Source of the DNA: Malacoraja senta
Lineage: Eukaryota
NCBI GenBank assembly: GCA_038087875.1
Contig: CM075989.1
Span: 11,408,001 to 11,472,000 of the forward strand
Reading direction: 5' to 3'
Length of the DNA stretch: 64,000 nt
The notes under the pieces were generated by a model. That model made no database searches and was not told the origin of the DNA. It was given only the letters and a program-made list of their open reading frames with translations. Position numbers and translations under genes: made by a program. This document shows, in pieces, positions 51,738 through 63,527 of the stretch. The stretch's first letter is position 1. Every line of letters starts with the position of its first letter.

Positions 51738-52550
51738 TCTGAAGGAGGGCTTCGACCCGTAACGTCACCCATTCCTTCTCTCCAGAGATGCTGCCTGTCC
51801 CGCTCAGCCCGCGTGAACCTACCTGATCTCCCGGTTGTTGGGCCTGCAAGGTGGGTGAGCCGGCCCTCCGGCTTCCCTGAAGTTCAGAGCACTGCAAGGG
51901 CTGGAAATCTGGTACAACACACTAAATCAATGCCCCGCGCGTCAGACAGCAGCCGTGGAGGCAGGAAAGTTGGAAACCCACAAAACTGCAAATGCTGGAA
52001 CTTTAAACTAAGAAGCATTCCAACCAAAACGTCGTCTTTATTCCACCATAAATGCTGGATGGACAGAAAATGCGGGAATAACTCAGCGGGACAAGAAGCA
52101 TCCCTGGAGGGAATAAATGGGCGACGTTTTGGGTCGAGACCCTTCTTCAGACTGTCAGGGGAAAGGAAAACTAGAGATTTATGGAAGGGCAAGGTGTGAA
52201 AACGACATCAAAGATAAAGGAAATGTAGAATGGTTCATTGAGCCGAGGGGAAGGTGACATCAAGGCAGTACAATTAACTAGTTGGAGAACTACAGTGGGA
52301 GAGGGACACAGAGAGAAGGAAAGCAAGGGTTACTTGTAAGCTGCCCAAGTGAAATATGAGGTGCTGTTCCTCTAAGTGCGTTTGGCCCCACTCTGACAGT
52401 GGAGGAGGCCCAGGACAGAAAGGTCAGCATGGGAATGGCAGGGGGAGTTAAAGTGTTTAGCAACCAGGACATTGCGTAGGCCGAGGTGGACTGAGCGAAG
52501 ATGTTCAGTGAAATGATTGCCGAGTCTGCGCTTGGACTCACTGATATATA
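51738..52550. mobile_element. Cluster of Penelope-like fragments upstream of the promoter
   Basis: Terminal repeats at 51738-51810 (+) and 52060-52155 (-), plus a GIY-YIG-region remnant. Confidence 0.7.
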
Positions 52551-52915
52551 GGCACCATAAATGCTGTCTCCAGCAGTTGTTTTGCCTGAGGGGAGGAAAG
52601 CGAACGTTTCACCTCGCTGATTATCAGAAAGAATGAAACCTCACCAGCCTGAGGTTTCATTGCTGACGACTTCCACCCCTGGCCTGCCCTTTATTCCCCT
52701 TCCACTCCCCTTTTCCAGATCACAACTTGCTGCATTAAATTTCCATAATGTCATATATCTTTATTTTCTGGCTATCGACTCTTTTTGCCATTGGACACCA
52801 TAACTAAGAGAATCCAAATCATCGCGATTCAGAACATCTCAGTTGTGCAGCACACTCATTGCAACAGGTCTTTCGGCTCACCACATGAATGCCGACCTTT
52901 ATGTCCATCTGCACA

Positions 52916-54440
52916 TAGTGCCCTCCATAATGTTTGGGATAAAGACCTATCATTTATTTATTTGCCTCTGTACTCCACAATTTGAGATTTGTAATAGGAA
53001 AAAAATAACATGTGGTTAAAGTGCACATTGAATCATTGTCAGATTTTAATAAAGGCCAATTTTACACATTTTACCAAGTACAAATTACAGCAGTGTTTAT
53101 ACATAGTTCCCCCCATTTCAGGGCACCATGATGTTTGGGACACAGCAGTGTCATGTAAATGAAAGTAGTCACGTTTAGTATTTTGTTGCATATCCTTTGC
53201 ATGCATTGACTACCTGAAGTCTACGATTCATCGACTGGGTGTCTTCTCTGGTGATGCTCTGCCAGTCCTGTATTACAGCCACTTTTACCATATACTTGTT
53301 TTGGGGGCTAGTCCCCTTCAGTTTTCTCTTCAGCATATAAAAGGCATGCTCAATTGGGTTCAGATCAGGTGATTGACTTGGCCACTCAAGAATTGACAAT
53401 TTTTTAGCTTTGAAAAACTCCTTTGTTTGGATCATTGTCTTGCTGTGGAATGAACCGCCAGCCAATGAGTTTTGAAGCATTTGTTTGAACTTGAGCAGAT
53501 AGGATGCGTCTATACCCTTCAGAATTCATTACACTACTACCATCAGCAGTTGTATCATCAATGAAGATAAGTGAGCCAGTTCCTTCAGCAGCCATACATA
53601 CCCAGGCCATAACACCCCCACCACCGTGTTTCACAGATGAGGTGGTATGCTTTGGATCTTGGGCAGTTCCTTCTCTCCTCCATACTTTGCTCTTGCCATC
53701 ACTCTGATATAAGTTAATCTTCATCTCATCTGTCCACAAGACCTTTTTATAGATCTGTGGTTGCTCTTTTAAGTACTTCTTGTCAAACTAACCTGGCCAT
53801 CCTATTCCCCATCCTATAGGGATTGGGGAATTTTCTTTATTATAGAGAGAATTCTTCTGTCATCAGCTGTGGAGGTCTTCCTTGGCATGCCAGTCCCTTT
53901 GCAATTAGTAAGTGGTCTCTTTCACCAGTGGTCTCTTTCTTCTTAATGATGTTCCAAACAGTTGGTTTTGGTAAGCCTAAGGTTTGGCTGATGTCTAACA
54001 GTTTTATTCTTGTTTCTCAGTCTCATAATGGCTTATTCGACTTTCATTGGCACAACTTTGGTCCTCATGTTGGTAAACAGCAATAAAAGTTCCAAAGGTG
54101 ATGTAAAGACTGGAGGAAAGACTAGATGCTGAGAGCTCTCTTATACCTGCATTAAGGAGGCATTTAAACACACCTGAGCAATTACAAACACCCGTGAAGC
54201 CATGTGTCCCAAACATTATAGTGCCCTGAAATATTTGGGGGGGGGGGGACGACGACTATGTATAAACACAGCTGTAATGCTACATGGTGAAACCAAAATG
54301 TATAAAATGGCCTTTATTAAAATCTGACCATGGGCACTTTAACCACATGTGAATTTTTCTATTACAAATCTCAAATTGTGGAGTATAGAGGCAAATAAAT
54401 AAATCATGGGTCTTTGTCCCAAACATTATGGAGGACTCTG
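52916..54440 (-). mobile_element. Tc1/mariner IR/DR-type transposon with decayed DD34E transposase
   Basis: Long (~220 bp) TIRs with outer and inner repeats (CCATAATGTTTGGGACA). Transposase motifs WTDE, VKHGGGGVMAW, QQDND and WPSQSPDLNPIE are in different frames. Confidence 0.93.
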
Positions 54441-54444
54441 TTTT

Positions 54445-55960
54445 GGAACCGCATCTTCCCATGCCTTACTTTACTTATGTCTGTTTACATATCTGTTAAA
54501 CATTGTGTGATTATATCCGATTCTACCATCTTCTAGCAGCTCATTCTACATATATCCAATCTCTACGAAATAAATCTTTCCCCGAAGAACCTCTGAAGAA
54601 GCGTCTGAACCCAAAGCGTCACCAATGCGTGTTCTCCAGAGATGCTGCCTGACATGCTAAGTTACTCCAGCACTTTGCGTCCCTTTGCGTATTAACCAGC
54701 ATCTGTGGTTAATTTATTTCTACCCTTTAAAACTCCTTACCTTCAGCTTGAACCTGTGCCCTCTTGTTTTTGATACAACTGCTGTGGGAAAAAGATTCTA
54801 GCTGTCTATCCATTCTATGCCACTAATAATTTTATATACCTGTATCAGGAACGCCACAACCTCCTACACTCCAGGAAAAACAACCCTGCCTTTCTCTTCA
54901 CATAAAATCTTCCATTCCAGGCAACATCCTGCGAATCTCCTCTGCTTTCTGCAGTGTAATCACATCCTGAAAGTGTGCTGACCAGGACTGCACCTAATAC
55001 TCCATGTGGGGTCTGATCAATGTTTTGTAAACTTGTAACATCACAACCCAACTTTTATATTTTACATGGTGGCCTTCAACCTTTGAAGGCCACCATGTCA
55101 TATGCCTTCTTTATTAACCCGTCTGGCAGTGTTCCCAGCACCCTCCCATTGACTGCATTTCACTTGCCAAAATGCATCGTCTTGGACTTGACAGGATGTC
55201 AGAACAGAACACCACAGGAGATCCTTCTTCCCTGTGGCTATCAAACTGTATAACTCCCCCCTTCTGTCATGGGGTAGACTGAGACCGACTCTCCAAACTC
55301 CCCTCCCCAATCTTTGCACACCTCCAATCCTTTCCACTAGTCACTTTAATTGCATGTTTCACGTATTTTGTGTTTTTATGACTGTTGGCAGATCAATTTC
55401 CCTCCTGGGATAAATAAAGTTCTATCATATTGTATCATAAATTCACCCAACTTTCCATCTGATACGCATTTTGCCACAGCCTTAGAAAACTTTCAATGCT
55501 ATCCACATCATCGCCACCGTTCGTCACCCACAAATGTACTAATCATACCTCCCATATTAACACCCAAGTTATTAATAAATATCATAAAGAACAAAGGTCT
55601 CAGCACTGATCCCAGTGGTACACCACCATTCACTTCCTCCCGTCCCCAAGCATAATTTTGGGTCCAATTCGGCAAATCTCTTTGAATCGCGTCTTAATTT
55701 TTGGACCACCCATCACAGGACACTATCTAATGCTTTACTTCAGTCCATATGGGCAATGTCCACCACCCTGCCCTCATCAATTTTCTTAGTTATCTCCACA
55801 AAATAATTCATATCAATGATGCTGGATATCCCCCACAGATATCAGTACCTGTCTTTCCAAATGTACACAAATCCTGTTCTTTAGAATTTCCCCCCATAAT
55901 TTCTCTACCACTGATGTAATGGTCACTGGCCTGTACATACCTGGCCTATTCTAAGGGCCA
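54445..55960 (-). mobile_element. Old CR1 fragment interrupted by a Penelope repeat and a short LINE 3' end (~55200-55440)
   Basis: Degenerate CR1 RT sequence; AATAAAGTTCTATCATATTGTATC tail. Confidence 0.68.
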
Positions 55961-56926
55961 TACCTTTGTCCCTTCCTACTTAATCCTTTGTTCTTCAATT
56001 ATGCTAACATCCACTATATCAATGTTTTGCCCACACAGACAAGTCCATCCATGCAATATCAAGAATTGCAGTTTACTCAATAATCATCTTCATTATTTCA
56101 AAATAATCAAAAGCATTTGCGTTAGCTTATCCAAACTACCAACATGTTGTAGTCACAGCAGGGGACAATCACGCTTGGCGGTTTTGTGGAATTTGACATT
56201 GTTTAAAAATAAAATCTACACATTGCACGTGTAGGACACTTACCAAGTGCAGTTCATTATTTTCCCGTGATTGAAGAAAACTGGAGATTAAACGGTTACA
56301 AAAAATATTGCCGTGGTAGGTAAACTCCAGAGTGATGATTGATATGTCATTATGCTGCATGTGATTTAAATATGGAGACCATCCTCTAGAAGGGAACTTG
56401 TCCCATTCTTTTCCAGTCAGCAAGAAAATGGCTCAGCTTTGAGGTTATCCCCATCTGCTGCAAGCAACTCAGTGATTTTGTGCAGATTATGAGTAGATAT
56501 CTGTCACTGAATGATGTCACACTACTGTTGACAACTACTTTGGGGAAAGCTGGAAATATCAGGGCAAATTTTACATCATTTCCTTTTGCTGAATATACAA
56601 GGATTTTACAACAAATATTTGCTTTGCCCAATAAATATCTCTATGGAGAGACAACCTAATCAGAATTTCCCTGATATCTCAATGGACTTGGCAACTGTTA
56701 ATTCTGTGCATCCCTGGAGGTTTTAATGCACTAAGGGTCCTCGATCAATCTACTGTGTACCCTTGTCTTATCACTGATTAGTCAATATATCCATCCTCAG
56801 TACATTAGCAAACTAGATATCCTAAATACACAATACTTTCATAACCAGTAGATTGAAGTTTTCAAAGGAAAAAAAGTACTACTAATGTCACAATGATTTT
56901 CATCTCAGTATGTTTCACACCATATC

Positions 56927-57061
56927 TTCTTCTTTCGTGTGGCATGCACAGCCTAAAGTTGTTGGACAACTTGTTCTATTTGATCTTCCGTTTGTGCACG
57001 TCGAGTTGATTGCATTAGTCGAAACAGGGCGGACCACGTGAAGGTTGCAATCTTCCACCCC
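56927..57061 (-). mobile_element. Short non-autonomous retroposon with ribozyme head and (GAA)n tail (RTE-like 3' end)
   Basis: Flanked by direct repeat (C)ACACCATATC at 56916-56926 and 57061-57071; 3' end GGCTGTGCATGCCACACGAAAGAAGAA. Confidence 0.8.
57008..57061 (-). ncRNA. Minimal HDV-like (CPEB3-type) self-cleaving ribozyme motif
   Basis: Minus strand reads GGGGTGG AA GATTGCA ACC TTCACGT GGT CCGCCCT GT TTCGA CTAA TGCAATC. This gives P1 (G1.U wobble), a 7-bp P2, a 3-bp P3, L3 UUCACGU and J4/2 CUAA with the catalytic C at 57018. P4 is essentially absent. Confidence 0.82.
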
Positions 57062-57799
57062 ACACCATATCCATCTTAAGTGTTGGCATCTGAAGTCCAC
57101 CTTCAGTGTTGGCATCTTTACCTGTGATATACTATATCAATTATTTTTCACTCATAATTTACATGGAGACAGGGAATGCAGTATAAGCACTCCTTTTGAG
57201 TGAGGCTTGAGCACTTTACATTGCATGGGTCAATCAGAAATTATCACAGGAAACCCATGGTATAGCTGGGGGGTGGATGCTGGGGCTCAAGGCAAATACA
57301 GGACATTAATGTATGCATCCTGTTCACAGGCAATGGTCCTTTATAAACCATTAATTTCCCTCTCCCTTTCCTAAACATAATGTAGGAAATGTGAGCTCAC
57401 CATTGAGGCCCAATTTGATAACCAGTGATATTCTGACTTTGATTCCACAATAATCAAAGTTAACTGGTCTGACTGGTAATTCTATCTTAAAATGTCACTA
57501 AGAAATCCTCCACCATTTTATTTGAGTCCAGACACAACTATGACTTTTGCATCATAGCAATATTTACCATGCAGTTAAGACATGAATTTTCTGTTCAGTT
57601 AAGTCTTTCCCTTTTTTATTTGTGCTTGATGTTTTTTAAATGATGAACACACTTCATTCGTGAGATACAACTCAGTTTTTTTCATGCTAATTAAATCAAA
57701 ACTAGTGAATATAACAGAGATTAAAAAATAAAATTATGATAATTAATTTTTCATTGCTTGAGCCTTTGACTTACCAAATACTTCCACTAAAATTATATA

Positions 57800-58852
57800 T
57801 CTATATATTCCTAAAACTCATCTTATTTGTTTGTATGCGTGCGTGCGTGAATGTGATATCCCAAAACCCCACCAAAACGGTACACTAGCGCTACAATTTT
57901 TGACCCACCTTACTCACCATTGTCCTGGGATCTAAATGAAACAAGTTTCGTTTGGATTGATTTTATATTTTACAAGTTATTGACATTTTAAACTTTACTT
58001 TCAAACCACTTTTCCACTTACCCTGCCCGTCAGCCATGTTACAATGACATCAGAATGGGATCCCGAATCCCATTTACATTTTTTTTTAAATCGTGATTTT
58101 CAAAATAACTCACTTTTAATCAAATTCTTCTGTTTTCATTAACAGCTAACATTGTGTTTATGTTATTTTAAAGACAAATCATGATTTTCATTGTGGGGGG
58201 GTGGGATAGGGGGGAGATGAGGAGTGGGGGAACAGAGGGATTGAGGGAGAGGGGGCAGTGGAGGAGGTAGGGAGTGGGGGATAGAGAGAGAGGAGGTGAG
58301 GAGGGAGAGTGGGGGTGGGATATTGGAGGTGAGGAATGGTGGAGCAGGAAGATAGAGGGAGAGGAGGGAGGGGTTATGGAGGGACGGGGGAGTGACTGGG
58401 TAGGGGAAGGGAGCGAGAGGGAGAGGTGAGGGAGGGAGTGGGGGAGTGGAGGAGGAGAGGGGAAAGGAGGTTGAAGAGGGGGAGGCTGTGTGATGAGGGA
58501 GAATGGAGGATAAGGGTAGGAAGAGGGATGGCGAGGTAATGGAGGAGAGGGAGGGGAGGGAGGGAGTGAGAGGAGGAAGCAGAGGAGGGTTGGTGGAGAG
58601 TGGGGTGAGGGAGGATAATGGAGGAGGAGAATAGGGGACTGAAGAGGGAGAGTGAGATGCGTTCAGATTGATCTTATATTTTAAAGGTTATTGCCATTTT
58701 GAACTTTAAAAACGTTGCATTCGCGCTCCCACTTGCCGGCTGCGCAGTTGGGGAGGGTTGCCGTGACCAGCGTCACAACGGGAACCCATTAGCCGCACAG
58801 CGCAGTTTGGTGGAATATTGCTTTAGGGAGAACGGGGCCCAACTTGGTCTAG
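57800..58852 (+). mobile_element. Probable non-autonomous Helitron with internal purine-rich tract
   Basis: A|TCTATATATT start and GGTCTAG|T end, no TSD. The subterminal hairpin is only weakly recognisable. Confidence 0.65.
58190..58660 (+). repeat. G/A-rich low-complexity tract (G4/H-DNA prone)
   Basis: Nearly all purine, with many GGG(G) runs. Confidence 0.85.
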
Positions 58853-59074
58853 TATACACACAAATAAAATATACACATAGGTTTAAATATGAAAGCCCTA
58901 AATGAGCAAATCAATCGCCAAGCATGCAAGGCTGCAGACCAAATCTACTAAATAAGATAAGTGTGGATGATGTTCAATTTGGGCATGGTGGGTGGTTGGG
59001 TTTGTTTCTATGCCAGATTACTCTATTATTCATATTAACCCAAAACACGGTGTTTAAGTTTTGCTTCATGTGTT

Positions 59075-59342
59075 GCCTGTATGGAGTTTACATGTTCTTC
59101 CTGTGACTGCATCTCTCCCCGAGCGTTCCAGTTTCTTCATACACTCCAAAGACGTGTATGGTAGGTTAATTGGCCACTATAAATTTTGCCCAGTATGGAG
59201 GTGAGTGGTAGAATCTGACGAGAGTACAGGAGAATGTGAGGAGAGTAAAAAGTGGGACGGATGTAGGATTTGTGTAAATTGGTGGTTGGTGTGGACACAA
59301 TGGGCCGAAAATCCTATTTCCAATGCTGTATCTCTCTATGGC
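59075..59342 (+). mobile_element. 5'-truncated V-SINE
   Basis: Central domain and tail similar to the other copies. Confidence 0.65.
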
Positions 59343-60779
59343 TAACTAATTCTTCACCGTCAGTGACACTTTCTTCTCTTTCACATGACGACACTGAACT
59401 GAAAAAAAGTGACAAAAGAGGCTTCAAGCATTTCACAGTTTGAATAGTTGGGAGGTAAGCAGAATGCATTTACAAGACATCAACCTTTTAAAAGAATTTA
59501 GTTGAGGAGTGTTTTAATACAACTGGTGACCATGGTCTGCTTTACTTTATAGGAGTTTAATTGATTCAATCACAAGGATGACAGTAATCAAAAAGCAAAA
59601 GAACGGCTGGTGCCGAAAAGTTGAATAAAAAGCAGAAAATGCTGGAAATACTCGACAATGGAGAAAGAATTCTAGACTGATGACTGGTTTTAATCGGTCA
59701 AAACAGGACCACTTGATACCAGGTTTCAATGTAAGATCATCAACCTGAAATATTAACTTTGTTTCTCTCCCCATAGATGCAGTCCAACCTGTTAATTGTT
59801 TCCAGATTTTGTGTTTAAATACCAGTATGACAATCCTTGTCATGAAGTTAACGTAGCAAAAGAAACATCTTTTTTTCTTTAGATTTGATCGAGTTGTTCA
59901 TTCCGAGAGATTTCAAATCACATAATAGCTTCACCTTCTAGCTTGAAAGATCAATGTATATATCAGTACATTACTTATTAATTGAAAACTTCAAACTTTT
60001 CCAAACAATAATGCCAGAAAACAGGAACTGCATTTGCTGGTTACCATGTCATTACAGAATTCTTTCCAGTTTTGTTTGTCATATCAGAACATTAACAGGG
60101 TACTGGAAGTTGGGTTGCTATGTATCTCAGGCTAATTGCTTTTTTAAATATATATTTACCTAGCTGGCAATGCTTTCAAGTCATTTTCAAAAAACCTGGT
60201 AATACCTGCTATAAAGTTGGCATACAAGTGACAAAGTTTTTGCTGCAGCCAGAACATTTCCGAAGCAGTACCAAGGGATTTGATTTGATGTGGTTCTCAA
60301 TTCATTCCTCTTCTTTTTCATCTTTGCTTTCATTTTAGTTACAGCTTATGTTAGTTACATCTATACTGCTACAGATGAGATTTCTCTGTAAGGCAGTTTT
60401 ACTAAAATACAACACAAACGCGACAGCTCTGTATAATTTACTGACTGATGTCAGACTTTACATTATATATTTGACAAAATCTTCATTTTCGTTTTTTGAC
60501 CCCATTTCTGCCAATGCTTTTACACTTTTATTCCACCACTGACCAGCACATCAGCAGGTGAGATTGATCAGCAAACCATGAAAGCCCCACACAAATTTCT
60601 TAAATCAAATGAATAAAAATGTAAATGTTGTGCCTTTGACATTTTTTTTCCTGGCACAGGCTTTTGTCAGTTTAAAAATACAAAATTTCCATTTACATTT
60701 TGGTGTTTAAAAAAAGTTTTAAATCAGTGAAAACCAAAGAAATTCAAGCTGACAGAGTTAATAATTTCCATATGTCTAC

Positions 60780-61380
60780 CTGCCATCTGGAGTTGAGTCT
60801 GGACTTCTTGACTAACACCCTCTTTGCCGTCTTTGATCCTTCCAGTCTCAACTATTTCAACACACTCCTGGACAGCTTTCCTCAATCTATTCTATAAGGG
60901 TGAGCTCATCCAAACTGTGTTGGCTGCGTCCTCTGCTTTCTGACCCACTTTAATTCCCAGCTAAACAATGGCTTAAGCTAAATATTCTTCCTTTGTTTCC
61001 AAACTCCCCATGGACTCGGCCTCCCGTTTCTGGCCAGTAGTAGGTATAAGGGTGGACAAACTGCACTGCACTCCTATTGTAATCTGAAGAAAACAACTGA
61101 GTATGACTGCACAGGCACACGTTCACAACTTAATCAGTGTGCTACATGTGCCCTCCACAGGCCAGTAAACTTGTTTCTCTACCATTGGTTATTCCCAATT
61201 TTAATCACACCGCTTGACATGTGCCTTCAGTTGTCAGGATCCTAAACTCTATTATTCTCCTTTAAGCATTCTTAACAAACTCTGATCAAACTTCCATACG
61301 ATTCAGCCCCAAGTGTCCAGTGTAAATCATTGGGACATTTTTGCTTTGCTAAAGCCACAAAATAAATACAATTGTGTTGG
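60780..61380 (+). mobile_element. Ancient L2-like LINE 3' fragment
   Basis: Degenerate resemblance to L2 RT C-terminal sequence. Confidence 0.45.
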
Positions 61381-62318
61381 GTTTGAGTACTCAGTTATTA
61401 TATAATCATCTGGAGAAGCCAGGAATTAAACTTACAACTGACGTCCCCATGAACTGCATGAGTTCTTCAATAGAATTGATTATGTGACTAATCCCTAATA
61501 AGATGCAGCGCTGGAGAAGCCCTTTCGGGATTAAGATGGATGTGCAGAAGGTTCATGGATAGAACCTTAGTTTTGTATGCCAATGATATTGAAATGTGTT
61601 TTTTTGTTTAATAATCCTTATTAATAAATTCTGATGTTGGTACCATAAGGGGTCATCAAGGCAAACAGATTGGACATGGTCAAGCAGAAGCTAGATAAAC
61701 ATGAAAGGATTGAGGATATCCTGACTGAAGGGGACAGATATGAGTAGCATAAATGCCAGCACTGGTCAGTGAGATCAAATAACTTGTGCAGGGAAGGTGT
61801 TACTGTGTGTAACACCTTCCATATGGCCCCAAAATATTACTTCTAGGGAAAATGAAACATTTTCAACTCAAGGCAAACCTGGCAAAGCATTCCCATGCTT
61901 TGTAGGAACCAAATACAAATGGTCACCACTTTGTGGAGTACCTGCGTTCAGTCCGCTGGGCGACCCTGTGCTTTGGTAGCCTTCCACTTTAATTTTCCAT
62001 TCCAACACCTCTGTCCTATCTGACTCTGGCTTTCTACATTTTTATAATTCTAATGTAAGCTTGAGAAAGAACACCTTCCATCTAGGTACGTGGGAGCCTT
62101 CTGGACTCAATTTTACAGCTGTAGGTAACTAACCAGGTCTGCTGTAATTCCTTTGTATCATTGGCTCTTTTTCTTATAGCAGATACTGCCCGACATGTTT
62201 CAGCATTTTCACTTTACATTTACATCTATGGTTATTAGCTTTTTTCCCCTTCATTATTTAGCCTGTCCAGCTGGTCCTTGCTCTTCACAAAATTTTGTTA
62301 TTTTCCCTGTTTTATTTA

Positions 62319-63330
62319 GGAAATGTTACGAAAATTGAGATTTTAAAAATCAAGCCTGTAATTTATCCCATCAGATAAAGCATAAAAAGAACTTTAATTT
62401 GATACCTAATTCACTTTCATATCTTCAGTATTAAAAAAAGTTATGGGCATTTTCATACACGGAAATTAGCATCTTGTTCCCTATTGCTTTTCCATTAACT
62501 TAACACAAAAGCTCTGATCGAGGACTGTCAATTGACATAAAATCCCATAACTTTCTTAAAAATTAAGAGAACTGAATGAAGTTTTCAGTTATTATAGATT
62601 GAAGCATTCTGAAACAAATATGATACATCTTACTTGGATGGCCTGAAATGAAAGTATATAATTAGTTAATTACCTAATTAAGTAGCTAATTACAAAATTA
62701 ACCGTTGTGACGGAAATAGCAAGACTGCCTTGAAAATTCAAAATTTGATATTCTCAAGATCAGAACTTTATTATTGTAACGTTAAAAAAAAAGTAAAACC
62801 CAACAAACAAAATCATATTCATCAGTCATCAAATCAATTAAATTAATCTAAATTCAATTACTAGATCTGAACATCTATCCCATTCTTAAGAAAAGGCTAA
62901 AAATATGTTTTTAAATAGCCAAAGTATCCAAATAACAAACTGATCCCCTTCACACAAGAATTCACAATATTACATGTTTAAATCTCACTTTGTCATGAAT
63001 TTCTATGCCAAATCGAAGGAATTGAATGTTTAATTCCCATAAATTTTACTCTGTTAGTTTATAACACTGCAATAGGCACGGGCTGTTTTTCACAGACATG
63101 TGTTCAAAATCCACAAACATCCACTAAAATCAATATTTTTTGCACAATCATGTCCTAAGAACATCTAAATTATCTATATTTTGTGTAAATGCCTATCCAT
63201 GACCAATATTTTCATACTAAATATTTGATTAAAAACTATGTACTGTGGAAGTTTGTCAGATTTAGTATTAAAATATTGATCATGGATTGTTCAATGTTAT
63301 TGCACGTTTATTAAATATTCATGCACTTCC
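62319..63330. mobile_element. AT-rich interspersed repeat, possibly a non-autonomous DNA transposon
   Basis: Imperfect terminal inverted similarity GGAAATGTTACGAAAATT / GGAAGTGCATGAATATT; no TSD seen. Confidence 0.3.
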
Positions 63331-63374
63331 CCTCCCAATCATGTTAGGCGAACAGATCAGTAAATTGTCTTGAA

Positions 63375-63527
63375 GCTAGACACAAAATGCTGGAGTAATT
63401 CAACCGGGTCAGGCAGCATCTCTGTGATGTTTCGGGTCGAGACCCTTCTTCAGCCTGACCTGCCGAGTTACTCCAGCATTTTGTGTCTAGCTTTGGTGTA
63501 AACCAGCATCTGCAGTTCCTCCTACAC
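63375..63527. mobile_element. Palindromic Penelope-like terminal repeat
   Basis: AGCTAGACACAAAATGCTGGAGTAA...TTACTCCAGCATTTTGTGTCTAGCT arms; hammerhead-like core on the minus strand. Confidence 0.72.

Noticed and set aside
59850-60800. 3'UTR or last exon of a neighbouring gene such as GOLM2 (human synteny)
   Set aside because: AT-rich unique sequence, but no recognisable coding exon supports the call.
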